From the NCBI GenBank assembly GCA_965223425.1, contig OZ245003.1, positions 928,001 through 992,000 of the forward strand: 64,000 bases of DNA, given 5' to 3'. The stretch comes from Nitrosopumilus sp. GTDB taxonomy: Archaea; Thermoproteota; Nitrososphaeria; Nitrososphaerales; Nitrosopumilaceae. Positions within the stretch are counted from its first letter, which is position 1. Each line of letters opens with the position of its first letter. A model generated the notes under the pieces. That model saw only the letters and a program-made list of their open reading frames with translations, was not told the DNA's origin and made no database searches. Below are positions 30,566 through 40,971 of the stretch, in pieces. The translations under genes were made by a program, and so were the position numbers.

Positions 30566-31729
30566 TTATTTCCTCAGGTCTAGTGTTTTATATTCACAAC
30601 CTTCTGGGCCGCAGTACTTTCCAACATAGGTAGCTTTTGGTCTATACAGCGCAGGCTTTGGTGCTGCCTCTGCAAATTTTTCTTCAATAATGTGAGCTGC
30701 CCATCCTACAACTCTGGAAACTGCAAATATTGGCGTATTTAGATCCATTGGAATTTTTAACATATAGTAAATTGAAGCGCTGTACAAATCTACATTTGGA
30801 TAAATGTCTCGGTTTTTTCGTGATTTCATCTCAGAAATAGTTGAAGCTTCGATTTTTTCTGTAATTGCAAACCATGGTTCTTTGGTTTTTTCTGCAAGTT
30901 TTCCTGACAGTTCTTTTAGAACCTGTGCGCGTGGATCATATGTTCGATAAACTGCATGTCCCATTCCCATGATTCTTTCACCTTCATTTATTTTCTCTTT
31001 AATCCATGGCTCAACTTTTTCTATATCGCTAATTTCTAATAGCATCTTCATAACTTCTGTATTGGCTCCCCCGTGTAATTCCCCACTTAATGCCCCAATT
31101 GCAGCACTTGACGCCGAATACATGTGTGCTCTTGTTGATGCAACTTGCCTTGCCGTAAATGTTGATGCATTGAAGGTATGGTCAGCATGAAGAATTAAAC
31201 ATACATCGAAGATTTTTTCTACTTCGGGTGCAGGTTTTTCACCCGATATCATGTATAGAAAATTTGCTGCATGGCTCAGAGAAGGATCGGGATCTATGAT
31301 TTCTAATCCATTTCTAATTCTTTGCCAACTTGCAACAATGGTTGGAACCTTTGCAATTAGATTAATTGCTCTGTCATAACTGGCCTCTTTATTTGAAAAC
31401 TCTTCATCATAATATCCTGCAAGTGCCGCAACAAATGCCTGGAGCATATCCATAGGATCTGCATCTTTTCTCCAATTTCCCATGTTCTTTTGCATTTGCT
31501 TTGGAACAAATCTAGCCTCAACCATCTTTTTCTTAAACTCATCTAGTTGTTGCTTGTTTGGCAGAATATCATAGAGTAGCAGATATGCTGTTTCTTCAAA
31601 GTTTGAATTTTCTGTAAGATCTAAAATATCATATCCGCGATAGATGAGTTTGCCTTTTTCCCCATCAATATTTGAGATTCTAGTATCTGCAATCTCAATT
31701 CCTCTCAGGCCTATGTTTTTAGTCTCCAT
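30566..31729 (-). CDS. gltA: Citrate synthase
   Basis: GKLIYRGY, HADHTFNAST, LHGGAN, MGMGHAVYRTYDPRA and PNVDLYS motifs. Confidence 0.96.
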   Translation of the reverse strand: METKNIGLRGIEIADTRISNIDGEKGKLIYRGYDILDLTENSNFEETAYLLLYDILPNKQQLDEFKKKMVEARFVPKQMQKNMGNWRKDADPMDMLQAFVAALAGYYDEEFSNKEASYDRAINLIAKVPTIVASWQRIRNGLEIIDPDPSLSHAANFLYMISGEKPAPEVEKIFDVCLILHADHTFNASTFTARQVASTRAHMYSASSAAIGALSGELHGGANTEVMKMLLEISDIEKVEPWIKEKINEGERIMGMGHAVYRTYDPRAQVLKELSGKLAEKTKEPWFAITEKIEASTISEMKSRKNRDIYPNVDLYSASIYYMLKIPMDLNTPIFAVSRVVGWAAHIIEEKFAEAAPKPALYRPKATYVGKYCGPEGCEYKTLDLRK

Positions 31730-31823
31730 ACTGAGCATATCAAAAAATCTTCTATTATGTTTTCGCCATGATTATGTCTGTGAAGTTTAGTAATTAGTCT
31801 AAAATGGCAACTTTTGATCATAA

Positions 31824-32039
31824 ATGAAAATTTTTGATCAAAAACTAATGAACATCAAAGAGCGTGAACACTTGAAAAAACTGGATGAACTGGTGCTTGC
31901 TGCATCTCCTGAAGAGTTAGAAAAAATTCAAGACATTGACCATCAAACCCAGATGGAGGGATTGTCATTTTATGATGTATATCTTGACTCAAGCTCCTTG
32001 ATTAATCAAAGCATCAAAAAACCGACAAGGAAATCTTAA
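31824..32039 (+). CDS. Small hypothetical protein
   Basis: 71-aa ORF sharing a G[LI][ST]FYD motif with 30341-30562. Confidence 0.55.
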   Translation: MKIFDQKLMNIKEREHLKKLDELVLAASPEELEKIQDIDHQTQMEGLSFYDVYLDSSSLINQSIKKPTRKS

Positions 32040-32086
32040 TTTCCCATATTTCATTTAAATGAGGGTGCATAATTTTTCCATTCATA

Positions 32087-33166
32087 TTGGCCGCTTCTAA
32101 AACTAAGAAACCTACAGCCAAACAAACCGTAAAAAAAGTTGCTAAAAAAACTCGAGCAAAAAAAGTTGCTAAAAAAACTGTCAAGAAACAGCGAACAAAA
32201 ACAATCTGTATTTCTCACAAGGAAGATGCAGATGGAATCAGCTCTGCAGCACTAATCAGACAAGCATTTGGCGGTGATGCAATACTAGTTGATTATCCCG
32301 GTCAAATGGAAGCGCTGCAACAAGTGGTTTTAGATGAAAAACTAAAAACTTTATTCATTTGTGATCTGGGTTTGAGCAAAAAGACACAAGATGAGTTTAT
32401 TGACATCATGGCTACTTTGCGAAAAAACAAGGTCTCAGTTACTTACATTGATCATCACGACATTGATCCTAATGTTGTAAAATCTCTCAAAAAACTCAAA
32501 GTCAAAGTAGTTCATGACATCAACGAATGCACTGCCGTACAAGTCTATTCTGCATTCAAATCAAAACTAAACGATCATGCTTCATTTGTTGCAGCATGTG
32601 CTGCAATTACTGACTATATGGAAAACAGGCCAATTGGAGCAAAACTACTTCAGATTTATGACAGACAATTTGCATTGATTAATGCAACAGTGCTCACTTA
32701 CAACATTGTAGGCCGTCAAAAAGAACCCGACTATTTGTTGTATTTGGTAGAAGAGCTCGCAGATTCTAAATTCCCGCATGAAATTCCACATGCTTTTGAA
32801 TTTGCTCAAATCCAAGTCGATAAACTGGCGCAGATGATTGCCAAAGTAAAGAAAGGAATGAAGACCATGAAGAATCTCGGATACATGGAAATCCTAGATG
32901 CAGGTGCCAGTGGCGCAGTTAATTTTGTTATGGGCTTGTCAGGAAAAAATGTCGGTGTTGCATACAAAGAGCGAGTTGATCATGGCATTTATGCTGTCTC
33001 AGTTAGAGGTTCAAAAGACTGCAAAGTCCATTTGGGCAAGATTGTAAATATATTGGCAACTGATCTTGGTGGCTCTGGCGGTGGACACGATAAGGCATGT
33101 GGCGCAGTAGTCCCAAAACCAAAAATAAAAAAATTCATTACAGAATTAAATAAAAAAATAAAATAA
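32087..33166 (+). CDS. DHH/DHHA1-family phosphoesterase
   Basis: HKEDADG, ICDLG, IDHH and SVRG..GGSGGGHDKACG motifs; Lys-rich N-terminal tail. Confidence 0.9.
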   Translation: MAASKTKKPTAKQTVKKVAKKTRAKKVAKKTVKKQRTKTICISHKEDADGISSAALIRQAFGGDAILVDYPGQMEALQQVVLDEKLKTLFICDLGLSKKTQDEFIDIMATLRKNKVSVTYIDHHDIDPNVVKSLKKLKVKVVHDINECTAVQVYSAFKSKLNDHASFVAACAAITDYMENRPIGAKLLQIYDRQFALINATVLTYNIVGRQKEPDYLLYLVEELADSKFPHEIPHAFEFAQIQVDKLAQMIAKVKKGMKTMKNLGYMEILDAGASGAVNFVMGLSGKNVGVAYKERVDHGIYAVSVRGSKDCKVHLGKIVNILATDLGGSGGGHDKACGAVVPKPKIKKFITELNKKIK

Positions 33167-33340
33167 TCGCGCAAAAATCTAGGAATCTTTTTTACGACAT
33201 GTGAAGTTGACACTCTTCTGGTTCTGCAACAACAACTGCAAGAACTGCAGCTGTGTATTCCAATGCTGACTAACCTTTATCCAAATCCAAGTAAAGTTGG
33301 AACAATTTTTTAATATTTTAAATACTAAAACTATTCAAAA

Positions 33341-34453
33341 TTGAATCTAAAGGTTATTGCATCTGTTCTTGTAATTGGTGTGGCACTTGCGATATTAGCT
33401 GTTTCTTTTCAAGACGAGTCTGCCAAGACAGTTATTGCTAGTTCTACTACGACAACTGATTCCCAGCCCTCCGAACTAATCATAATGAAGACAGATGGCG
33501 TAAAACATAGTATCCCACTTGATAAGATCAAAGGAGGCGGCCCACCAAAAGATGGAATTCCATCAATTGACAATCCTGTGTTTGCCAATATAGAAAATTC
33601 CCAATTCATGTCTGATTCTGATACTGTAATTGGATTGGAAATTAATGGTGAATCAAAAGCTTATCCTCTCTTTATCTTGGTTTGGCATGAAATAGTTAAT
33701 GACAAAGTAGGTGAGACTCCCGTCTCTGTTACCTACTGTCCATTGTGTTATACTAGTCAAGTCTTTGAGAGAATCATTAATGGACAAGAAGTAGAATTTG
33801 GAACTTCGGGGAAATTATACAACAGTAATTTGTTGATGTATGACAGATTTACCGAGTCTTATTGGAGTCAAGCGCTTGGAATGGCAGTAAAAGGTGAGTT
33901 AACTGGCCATCAATTAGATTTAGTCCCATTTGATGTGATTACTTGGGGTGATTGGAAGGCACTTCATCCTGATACATTGGTATTGACAACTGATACAGGT
34001 CATATTCGTTCGTATGCCACTGATCCTTATGGGGACTATTACGCAGAACCACGAATAATGTTTCCAGTAGAGCACAGCGACGATAGAATGCACCCTAAAG
34101 AAATTATTCTTGGGTTTAAACAAGATGAAATCTACAAAGCTTACAAACAAAATGATGTTGAATCAAATGTGATAATCAATGATTCTATTGGGTCTGTTCC
34201 TATGCTGCTGGTATCGCTGTATCCAGAAAACTCTCGTGCATTTGAGAGAACCATTAATGATCAAGTATTGGATTTTGTATATGCTGATGGAAAAATTGTT
34301 GATACACAAACTAATTCTGAATGGAACTATGATGGGCTGGCAATATCTGGTGAATTTGGAGGAAAGCAGTTAGAAAGACTGCCTATTGAGCCTGGATTTT
34401 GGTTTGAATGGATTGCGTTTCATCCAGAGACTCTAGTTTATGGCGGTGTTTAG
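33341..34453 (+). CDS. DUF3179-family secreted protein
   Basis: Signal peptide; GGPPKDGIPSID, WHEIVND, TYCPLC and FGTSGKLYNSNLLMYD motifs. Confidence 0.88.
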   Translation: MNLKVIASVLVIGVALAILAVSFQDESAKTVIASSTTTTDSQPSELIIMKTDGVKHSIPLDKIKGGGPPKDGIPSIDNPVFANIENSQFMSDSDTVIGLEINGESKAYPLFILVWHEIVNDKVGETPVSVTYCPLCYTSQVFERIINGQEVEFGTSGKLYNSNLLMYDRFTESYWSQALGMAVKGELTGHQLDLVPFDVITWGDWKALHPDTLVLTTDTGHIRSYATDPYGDYYAEPRIMFPVEHSDDRMHPKEIILGFKQDEIYKAYKQNDVESNVIINDSIGSVPMLLVSLYPENSRAFERTINDQVLDFVYADGKIVDTQTNSEWNYDGLAISGEFGGKQLERLPIEPGFWFEWIAFHPETLVYGGV

Positions 34454-34933
34454 TTGAAATCCACTCAAAAAGCAACGCTGGTTGGGGTAATTACCATGGC
34501 TGTGTATCTTTTGGTAGTTGTAATAACAACTCCTGCATTAGAGCCACTTGTTGCAGTAAGTGCAGCATTTCAACTAAACTCTATAGTGATTGTTGGAATG
34601 GGAATCGGAATCGGCTTGCAAGTTTTCTTGTCTGAGAAAAGCAAGTCGTTAGGATGCAAACTTTCTGTAAAGAAAAAAGCCTTTGGAGGAAATTCTGGGA
34701 GTACAGCTGCCACATCTTTCCTTTCATTTTTCTCTCTAGTTCCGTTAGGGTGTTGTGGTTGGTGGCTTTATGCACTGTCTTTGCTTCCAAGTGTTGTTGG
34801 AACAGGAGTGTCTGCTGTATTGATAGAGCATAGCCAGGTTTTGGCCTATGTGGGATTGGTAACCATCTTTGGATTTGCAGTATTAACTGCATACAAACTA
34901 AGACAAGAACAAAAATTACAAAAAATTGCCTAG
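34454..34933 (+). CDS. Membrane protein with CC motif
   Basis: Several hydrophobic segments and GCCGWW; directly follows the DUF3179 gene. Confidence 0.65.
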   Translation: MKSTQKATLVGVITMAVYLLVVVITTPALEPLVAVSAAFQLNSIVIVGMGIGIGLQVFLSEKSKSLGCKLSVKKKAFGGNSGSTAATSFLSFFSLVPLGCCGWWLYALSLLPSVVGTGVSAVLIEHSQVLAYVGLVTIFGFAVLTAYKLRQEQKLQKIA

Positions 34934-35298
34934 TCTATTTTGATTGAAAATGCAAAGAGTTCTCCCTTGCTTTTACTCATGAATTTTGCAATTTTAGCTA
35001 TGAATCCATACTTTTTGTCTCTCTCCTTTACTGCCGTTTTGGTTTGAGATTCATCTAAACTTGTTGCAGTACCTGCTATCCATTCTCCTGTAACTTTTCC
35101 CTTTATGGTACATAATGCAAATTTTACTTGTAGGTTATTTCTAAGGCGTTTTGCTTTTCCTGTTTGATCTCTAGTTACAACATAGACCAGGCTATCTTTT
35201 ATGAAAAACCAGACTGGAGTTCTTACCGGATTCCCGTTTTTTCGATACGTTTCAAGTGAAATGTATTTTTCTGATTTAATCTCTTCTAAATTATACAT
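34930..35298 (-). CDS. PPOX-class F420-dependent oxidoreductase
   Basis: YISLETYRKNG.PVRTPVWF and GKAKRLRNN motifs. Confidence 0.88.
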   Translation of the reverse strand: MYNLEEIKSEKYISLETYRKNGNPVRTPVWFFIKDSLVYVVTRDQTGKAKRLRNNLQVKFALCTIKGKVTGEWIAGTATSLDESQTKTAVKERDKKYGFIAKIAKFMSKSKGELFAFSIKID

Positions 35299-35446
35299 AT
35301 TGTATGATGTTTTCTAGATCATTTAGACTTTCTTTTTTGAAGGAATTTCTTGACTTGCTATGGCCTAAGCTGGAGGAGCGCAATAAACACGTCCTATTTG
35401 TGAAATTGAACAGCAACAAAGACGCTGACATCTTCCTTTTTCATGA

Positions 35447-35644
35447 TTACATTCTTGACAAATCATGTTTTTTATTTCTTGGTTTTGATCTTAATCTAGT
35501 TTTACAACATGGACATGAAATTTCTTCAGTAAGCAAAAACAATGCGCACAAAGAACACCACTTTTGACCTATTTTGTACCGCAGATTATTTGTAAATGAA
35601 GTTGATTTCAAACGCTCACACACCCCATTACACGTTTGAATCAT
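35447..35644 (-). CDS. Small Cys-rich Zn-finger protein
   Basis: CNGVC, CSLC and CPCCKTRLRSKPR. Confidence 0.7.
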   Translation of the reverse strand: MIQTCNGVCERLKSTSFTNNLRYKIGQKWCSLCALFLLTEEISCPCCKTRLRSKPRNKKHDLSRM

Positions 35645-35689
35645 GAGTAAAACACTCAAAAAAAAATCTATTTAAGAAAATTTCCAAAT

Positions 35690-36145
35690 CTATTCTTTGA
35701 ATTCTACAATTGCATCAATTTCAGTCATAGAGTCTAATGGTAAGCTGGAAACTCCTACTGCAATTCTGGAGTGTTTTCCCTTGTCCCCGAATATTTCAAA
35801 AAACAAATCCGAAGCTGGATTGATAATTTTTGGCTGTGCTGCAAAACCTGGAACAGAATTCACAAATCCTGACAGTCTTACTATCTTTGATACCTTATCC
35901 AAACTTCCAAGCTCCCTTTTGATTTGGGCAAGTAAGTTAATTGCACACATTCTTGCAGATTTTTGAGCAGTCTCTAAATTCTCATCTGAAACTTTTCCGG
36001 TAAAGACTACTTTGCCGTCCTCCATTGGAATCTGTCCGGAGATGAATAGCAGGTTTCCTGTTCTTACTGCTGGAACATATGATCCTGCCGGTGTTGGGGG
36101 ATTTGGTAATTTTATCCCTAAAGACTCTAATTTTTCTTCAATCAA
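35690..36145 (-). CDS. RidA/YjgF-family protein
   Basis: YVPAVRTGNLLFISGQIP and GKHSRIAVGV.SLP motifs. Confidence 0.9.
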   Translation of the reverse strand: MIEEKLESLGIKLPNPPTPAGSYVPAVRTGNLLFISGQIPMEDGKVVFTGKVSDENLETAQKSARMCAINLLAQIKRELGSLDKVSKIVRLSGFVNSVPGFAAQPKIINPASDLFFEIFGDKGKHSRIAVGVSSLPLDSMTEIDAIVEFKE

Positions 36146-36172
36146 GAATATTTTGCATAATTTTGTCTGATT

Positions 36173-37333
36173 TTAGTTTTTACTTATCTTGATGTGGACT
36201 TTTTCGCCCTTGTTGGAACTGTTTTGAAAGACGGTTCTTGTCCTGTATCCTTGTTTTTGAAGGCATCCATCCAAAATAGAAACCCATGGCAGGGAATGTC
36301 CGCTATTTAGCTTTGATTCTATTGTGATGTTCTTGGTGTTTGCCTCAAAATTAACATGTCCTGAGCATGTTATCTGCATGATTACATCCATTATCTCTAT
36401 GACATCATCAAGTGATTTTGATTTTAGTGAAATCCCATTTTTCTCTAATAATTTGAACATGTCTGATTCGGGCTTTTTTGATATCATCATGGAGTTTAGC
36501 ATATACATTAAACCAGTATCATTGACTGTCTTGATAATTTTGTAGATTTCTTGGGCTTCTGTTTTTGTCATATCTGCAAGAGCTTTAGTCTTTGTTGCAG
36601 TTTTCCATATGTTGGAGAATATCTTTTCCTGATTTACTCCTAAGACATCCGTTGATGAAAATATTGCGCCTTTTCCATTTGTGTTGTTTACCATTAGTAA
36701 TTCTGTTTCATCAAAGACAAAGCAATTCTGAGTAATCTCTGATGCTCTAATATCCACTCCGTCGGGAATTGCTCTGTATGCTTCAGAGCAAATCTGTGTT
36801 GGTGAAACTAGAAGTTTGACTTCTAGGTTTCTGCGTAAGACAGCTATCAACTGTTCTTTGCACTCAGCTAGTAATCCCAAGCCCCATTGGTCTGCTATTA
36901 TCTTAATTGATGATTTTGAGCCTTCAACCATTGTTTGAAGTTGGGTTACAACATTGTTTGCACTAATGTGAAAGTATCTTTTTTCTTCTGAACCCCTTGA
37001 TTTTCTACTCTCCTCACTTGCTTTTTTCAAATTTGATACTAGCGTATTCATTGCGTTTACTTTGTTGATTTGCTCATGAATTATTCCATCAAATGCATCT
37101 TCAGGTGCAATTGCAGTGCACATTATTGGTTTACTTTTTGAGATAATTGCTAGTTTCTTGTTTTCAAGTTTTAGTAAAGTAGGATAAATTTTGGTTCTTG
37201 GAATTTCTGAATAGTATGCTAATTCTCCGGCTGAAATTGTCCCCCTGGCAACCAAGGCAACATATGCCTGAGCCTCGTATTTGCTTAATCCAAATTCTTC
37301 TAAGCTGACTGTTAATGCGTGTTCATTTATCAT
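36173..37333 (-). CDS. TrmB-family transcriptional regulator
   Basis: LEEFGLSKYEAQAYVAL...IPRTKIYPTL HTH. Confidence 0.9.
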   Translation of the reverse strand: MINEHALTVSLEEFGLSKYEAQAYVALVARGTISAGELAYYSEIPRTKIYPTLLKLENKKLAIISKSKPIMCTAIAPEDAFDGIIHEQINKVNAMNTLVSNLKKASEESRKSRGSEEKRYFHISANNVVTQLQTMVEGSKSSIKIIADQWGLGLLAECKEQLIAVLRRNLEVKLLVSPTQICSEAYRAIPDGVDIRASEITQNCFVFDETELLMVNNTNGKGAIFSSTDVLGVNQEKIFSNIWKTATKTKALADMTKTEAQEIYKIIKTVNDTGLMYMLNSMMISKKPESDMFKLLEKNGISLKSKSLDDVIEIMDVIMQITCSGHVNFEANTKNITIESKLNSGHSLPWVSILDGCLQKQGYRTRTVFQNSSNKGEKVHIKISKN

Positions 37334-37492
37334 GATTTTACTCGATTTGTTATTAGGTAAAATTGAGAGCTAAATTCCTTTACACAAGTACTCAAAAAAA
37401 TTCAAAATTGTATCTGCACGTGGGTGTAACTGTGGTTACTAAATTAATTGTTACAATGTCCTCAAATACAAAATTTTGATCAGTAAACTGGT

Positions 37493-38056
37493 ATGTTGGT
37501 TAAATGCGAAACTAACGCATTAGAAGATGAAAACATCTCCCATTCAGTTACGCTGGTTCCAAGATTGGGATATTCTTTGAATTTGTTAGATGAGATTACT
37601 GGAGTTCTCAAGAAAAAAAGAGATGTTATAAAAAAATCAAACAAAGACTTGATTGTAGATTTTGATGAATCAGACAAAACCCATCTTGCTGCAATCAAGC
37701 TAGAGCAAACAGTATCTGTTTCTTTTGAAGTTTTATCTCAAACAAAGAAGAAAATAACCCGAATATCTGGCATAAATAGCATTCCCGAAGTCCTTCCTTC
37801 GTTAATTCCAATGATTAGAACAGTTAGTGCACAACTCTATGATGTAATTCCTCACTGCAGTCAGAAACTATCTGAGCTATCTGTTCATTTAGGCAGTATA
37901 GTGCTGGATTCTGCTGCCCTAACAAAGGCCAGATTTGATTTTAGTCTCTCCAATGTGGAATCTGCAATCCTGCTTAATGAAGTAAAATTGATGGTAGACT
38001 CTAAAATAAGTAAGCAGTACCCTAATCTTGATTTTTTTAAAATATGCAACACATGA
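37493..38056 (+). CDS. Divergent ESCRT-III/CdvB-like protein
   Basis: Helical Snf7-like pattern (PSLIPMIRTVS..LSELSVHLGSIVLDS..ISKQYPNL); located upstream of cdvC. Confidence 0.55.
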   Translation: MLVKCETNALEDENISHSVTLVPRLGYSLNLLDEITGVLKKKRDVIKKSNKDLIVDFDESDKTHLAAIKLEQTVSVSFEVLSQTKKKITRISGINSIPEVLPSLIPMIRTVSAQLYDVIPHCSQKLSELSVHLGSIVLDSAALTKARFDFSLSNVESAILLNEVKLMVDSKISKQYPNLDFFKICNT

Positions 38057-38544
38057 CAATACTGAGTTCTAAACGGAGTTTCACAAAGGATATTGAACGT
38101 GTAAAAGCAATATCTTCAAAAATTGATAAAAAATTATCTGAGGTCAAATCATCTGATGCTAAAAAAATAGACAAGCTTACTCTAGACGAATTACAGGATT
38201 TGAATAAAATTGTTGGAATTGCTGATTTTATGCTATGCAAATACGCTGACAATAAAGAGATGCACTCAATTCTGAAACATTTTGCATCTATTATTTCTGA
38301 TACTGCAAAATCCCTTGATGATATAGATGATGAAATCTCTGAATTGATACTCTCAGCTGAAGATTCTATTAACAAAGTAAAAGATATTCATGCCCACGTT
38401 TCTGACAGATCTCAAATCAAAAAGAAGTTTCATCACGGGCCTGAGTATGATGAGCGTGAAACAAGTGGAATTAATTTAACCAATTTTGCGACAGAGATTA
38501 ACACACCTGAATACCAACAAAATTCTCAAGAACAGACTGCATAG
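38044..38544 (+). CDS. Coiled-coil hypothetical protein
   Basis: 166-aa helical ORF between the CdvB-like gene and cdvC. Confidence 0.65.
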   Translation: MQHMTILSSKRSFTKDIERVKAISSKIDKKLSEVKSSDAKKIDKLTLDELQDLNKIVGIADFMLCKYADNKEMHSILKHFASIISDTAKSLDDIDDEISELILSAEDSINKVKDIHAHVSDRSQIKKKFHHGPEYDERETSGINLTNFATEINTPEYQQNSQEQTA

Positions 38545-38553
38545 GTAATTAAG

Positions 38554-39747
38554 ATGAGTTTGGCCCCACAAGAATTAGAAAACACTGCTAGTAAATATGC
38601 CTCTGAGGCTATCAAATTTGATTCTCAGGGTGCACGTGGTATGGCAATTACCCATTACCAACAGGCTATAGATTCACTTGTAAAACTATTACAACTTTAT
38701 CCTAACAGTAAACTAAATCCAATTTACAAAGAAAGATGTAACTCTTATCATAACCGAATTCAGGCATTACAACAGGCTCATGGCGTAGACCCAGCAGTTG
38801 ATCCTAAAGCATCTCCAGAAGAGCAAAAGAAATCTGTTCAAAGACAAGAAGTAGAAAATGATTTTGAGGATCTTGTAATGAAAGAAAAGCCAGATGTTGT
38901 TTGGAACCAGGTAATCGGTTTAGAGGACGCTAAAAATGCATTGTGCGAATCAATTGTTTATCCTACAAAAAGGCCCGACTTGTTTCCGCTTGGATGGCCA
39001 AAAGGAATGCTACTCTATGGCCCGCCAGGTACTGGAAAGACAATGCTTGCAGCTGCTACTGCAAACGAGATGGATGGCTACTTTATCAATGTTGATGCAT
39101 CATCCATGATGAGCAAGTGGTTAGGCGAAGCAGAGAAAAATGTTTCAAAATTATTTGACATGGCAAGACATTATGCAGAAAAAGAAGGCAAGCCAGTTAT
39201 TCTGTTTGTAGATGAAGTTGATTCTTTGTTGGGTTCTAGAAACAGTGAAGTTGGTGGGGAAGTAAGAACCAAAAACCAATTCCTAACTGAAATGGATGGT
39301 ATTAATGACAAAGGAAAAGACTTGATGTTGTATGTTATCGGGGCAACAAACAAACCGTGGAGTCTTGATTGGCCATTTTTGAGAAGATTTCAAAAGAGAA
39401 TCTATGTCTCGCTTCCAACCCAAGAGGCCAGACAGAATCTGTTTGAGCAATACACTGCACCTCTAAGAAAAGATCTTAAAGTTAATCCTGCCGAATTAGC
39501 AAAACTCTTCGATGGATACAGCGCAAGTGACATCAAAGACGTGTGTCAGGCAGCACAAATTAAGACAGTCCATGAAATCTTCAAATCTCCAGACTACCAT
39601 GAGCCAGTTGAGGGTGAAGAGCCGGTGCAGCCAAGGGAACTAACCACGACTGATTTCAAAGAAATCATGGCAAGAAGAAAACCAAGTGTCTCATTAGAGA
39701 TGATTCGTGCCTATCACAAGTGGAGCGAAGAGTACAAAGCACTCTGA
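38554..39747 (+). CDS. cdvC: Vps4-like AAA ATPase CdvC
   Basis: N-terminal MIT domain; GPPGTGKT, SKWLGEAEK, FVDEVD, ATNKPW and RRFQKRIY motifs. Confidence 0.92.
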   Translation: MSLAPQELENTASKYASEAIKFDSQGARGMAITHYQQAIDSLVKLLQLYPNSKLNPIYKERCNSYHNRIQALQQAHGVDPAVDPKASPEEQKKSVQRQEVENDFEDLVMKEKPDVVWNQVIGLEDAKNALCESIVYPTKRPDLFPLGWPKGMLLYGPPGTGKTMLAAATANEMDGYFINVDASSMMSKWLGEAEKNVSKLFDMARHYAEKEGKPVILFVDEVDSLLGSRNSEVGGEVRTKNQFLTEMDGINDKGKDLMLYVIGATNKPWSLDWPFLRRFQKRIYVSLPTQEARQNLFEQYTAPLRKDLKVNPAELAKLFDGYSASDIKDVCQAAQIKTVHEIFKSPDYHEPVEGEEPVQPRELTTTDFKEIMARRKPSVSLEMIRAYHKWSEEYKAL

Positions 39748-39827
39748 TCATCGGCGATCATATGTTCTCATTTCCAGATTGAACAAAAACTTAAATTCAG
39801 ATTGTTATCGACTTTACGAGGGTCACA

Positions 39828-40967
39828 ATAACCACAAAGAAATCAATCCACGCAAAAAAGTATGGAAAGCTGATCTTTGATGATGGGACTGTTCTTGATG
39901 GCCAGGGTTTTGGTTATTCTACAACTGTTTTTGGTGAAATTGTATTCAATACTGGAATGGTTGGATATACAGAAGCACTCACTGATCCGTCTTACAATGG
40001 CCAAATCCTTACGTTAACTTATCCACTAGTCGGAAATTATGGGGTTCCAGATCCTTCTGAAGTTGATGAGGATGGAATATCAAAATTCTTTGAATCCGAT
40101 AAGATGCAAATCCAAGGTTTAGTAGTCCATGAACTATCACTAACTGCTAGTCATTGGAATCTCTCAATGACTCTTGACGAGTGGATGCATAATGAAAAAG
40201 TCCCTGGACTTTCTGGAATTGATACTAGGGCAATTACTAAGAAACTTCGAAGTGGCGGTGTCATGATGGCTGCCCTTGTTGTATCAGATTCTGAGATTGA
40301 TGTTGAAGCAGTCAAAAAGGAATTGGCATCAGCTACTGACTACAATTCTGAACAATTCATGGATAAAATCTCTACAAAAGAAGAAAAAGTCTATGGAAAT
40401 GACAAAGAAGCAGTTGTAGTGATCGATACTGGTGCAAAAAATGCGATACTGCGAAATGTTCGTGAGCTTGGCTACAAGGCAATATTGCTTCCTTGGAATA
40501 CTACATATGAAAAAGTAATGTCTTACAAACCAAAAGGCGTAGTGCTTAGCAGCGGACCTGGAGACCCACAAAACTGTCCTGACACGATTGACACAGCTAA
40601 AAAATTAATCGAAAACAATATTCCAACACTTGGAATTTGTTTGGGTGCACAAATAATTGGCATTGCAGGAAATACTGAAACTTACAAACTAAAATATGGG
40701 CATCGAGGACAAAACAAACCTTGTGTTAATTTAGAAAATAGCCAAGTCTATGTTACAAGTCAGAATCATGGTTATGGAATTAAACCTGAATCTCTAGAGA
40801 AATCTGATTTTAATTTATGGTTTACAAATGCAGATGACAAAACAATTGAAGGAATAAAACACAAAAAACAGAGTTGTATTGCAGTACAGTTTCATCCCGA
40901 AGCTGCACCTGGCCCTTTTGATTGCAAGTTCGTCTTTGAAGAGCTAAAACACCTTATGGAGAAGTGA
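39828..40967 (+). CDS. carA: Carbamoyl-phosphate synthase small subunit (start codon uncertain)
   Basis: GEIVFNTGMVGY, LTDPSY, GICLG, HRGQN and QFHPEA motifs. The conserved N-terminus lies upstream of the first in-frame ATG (39957). Confidence 0.93.
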   Translation: MTTKKSIHAKKYGKLIFDDGTVLDGQGFGYSTTVFGEIVFNTGMVGYTEALTDPSYNGQILTLTYPLVGNYGVPDPSEVDEDGISKFFESDKMQIQGLVVHELSLTASHWNLSMTLDEWMHNEKVPGLSGIDTRAITKKLRSGGVMMAALVVSDSEIDVEAVKKELASATDYNSEQFMDKISTKEEKVYGNDKEAVVVIDTGAKNAILRNVRELGYKAILLPWNTTYEKVMSYKPKGVVLSSGPGDPQNCPDTIDTAKKLIENNIPTLGICLGAQIIGIAGNTETYKLKYGHRGQNKPCVNLENSQVYVTSQNHGYGIKPESLEKSDFNLWFTNADDKTIEGIKHKKQSCIAVQFHPEAAPGPFDCKFVFEELKHLMEK

Positions 40968-40971
40968 ATAA

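Noticed and set aside
35300-35445. Possible C/D-box sRNA or 87-aa ORF in this intergenic gap
   Set aside because: Box motifs are imperfect and too far apart, and the ORF overlaps the Zn-finger gene antisense.
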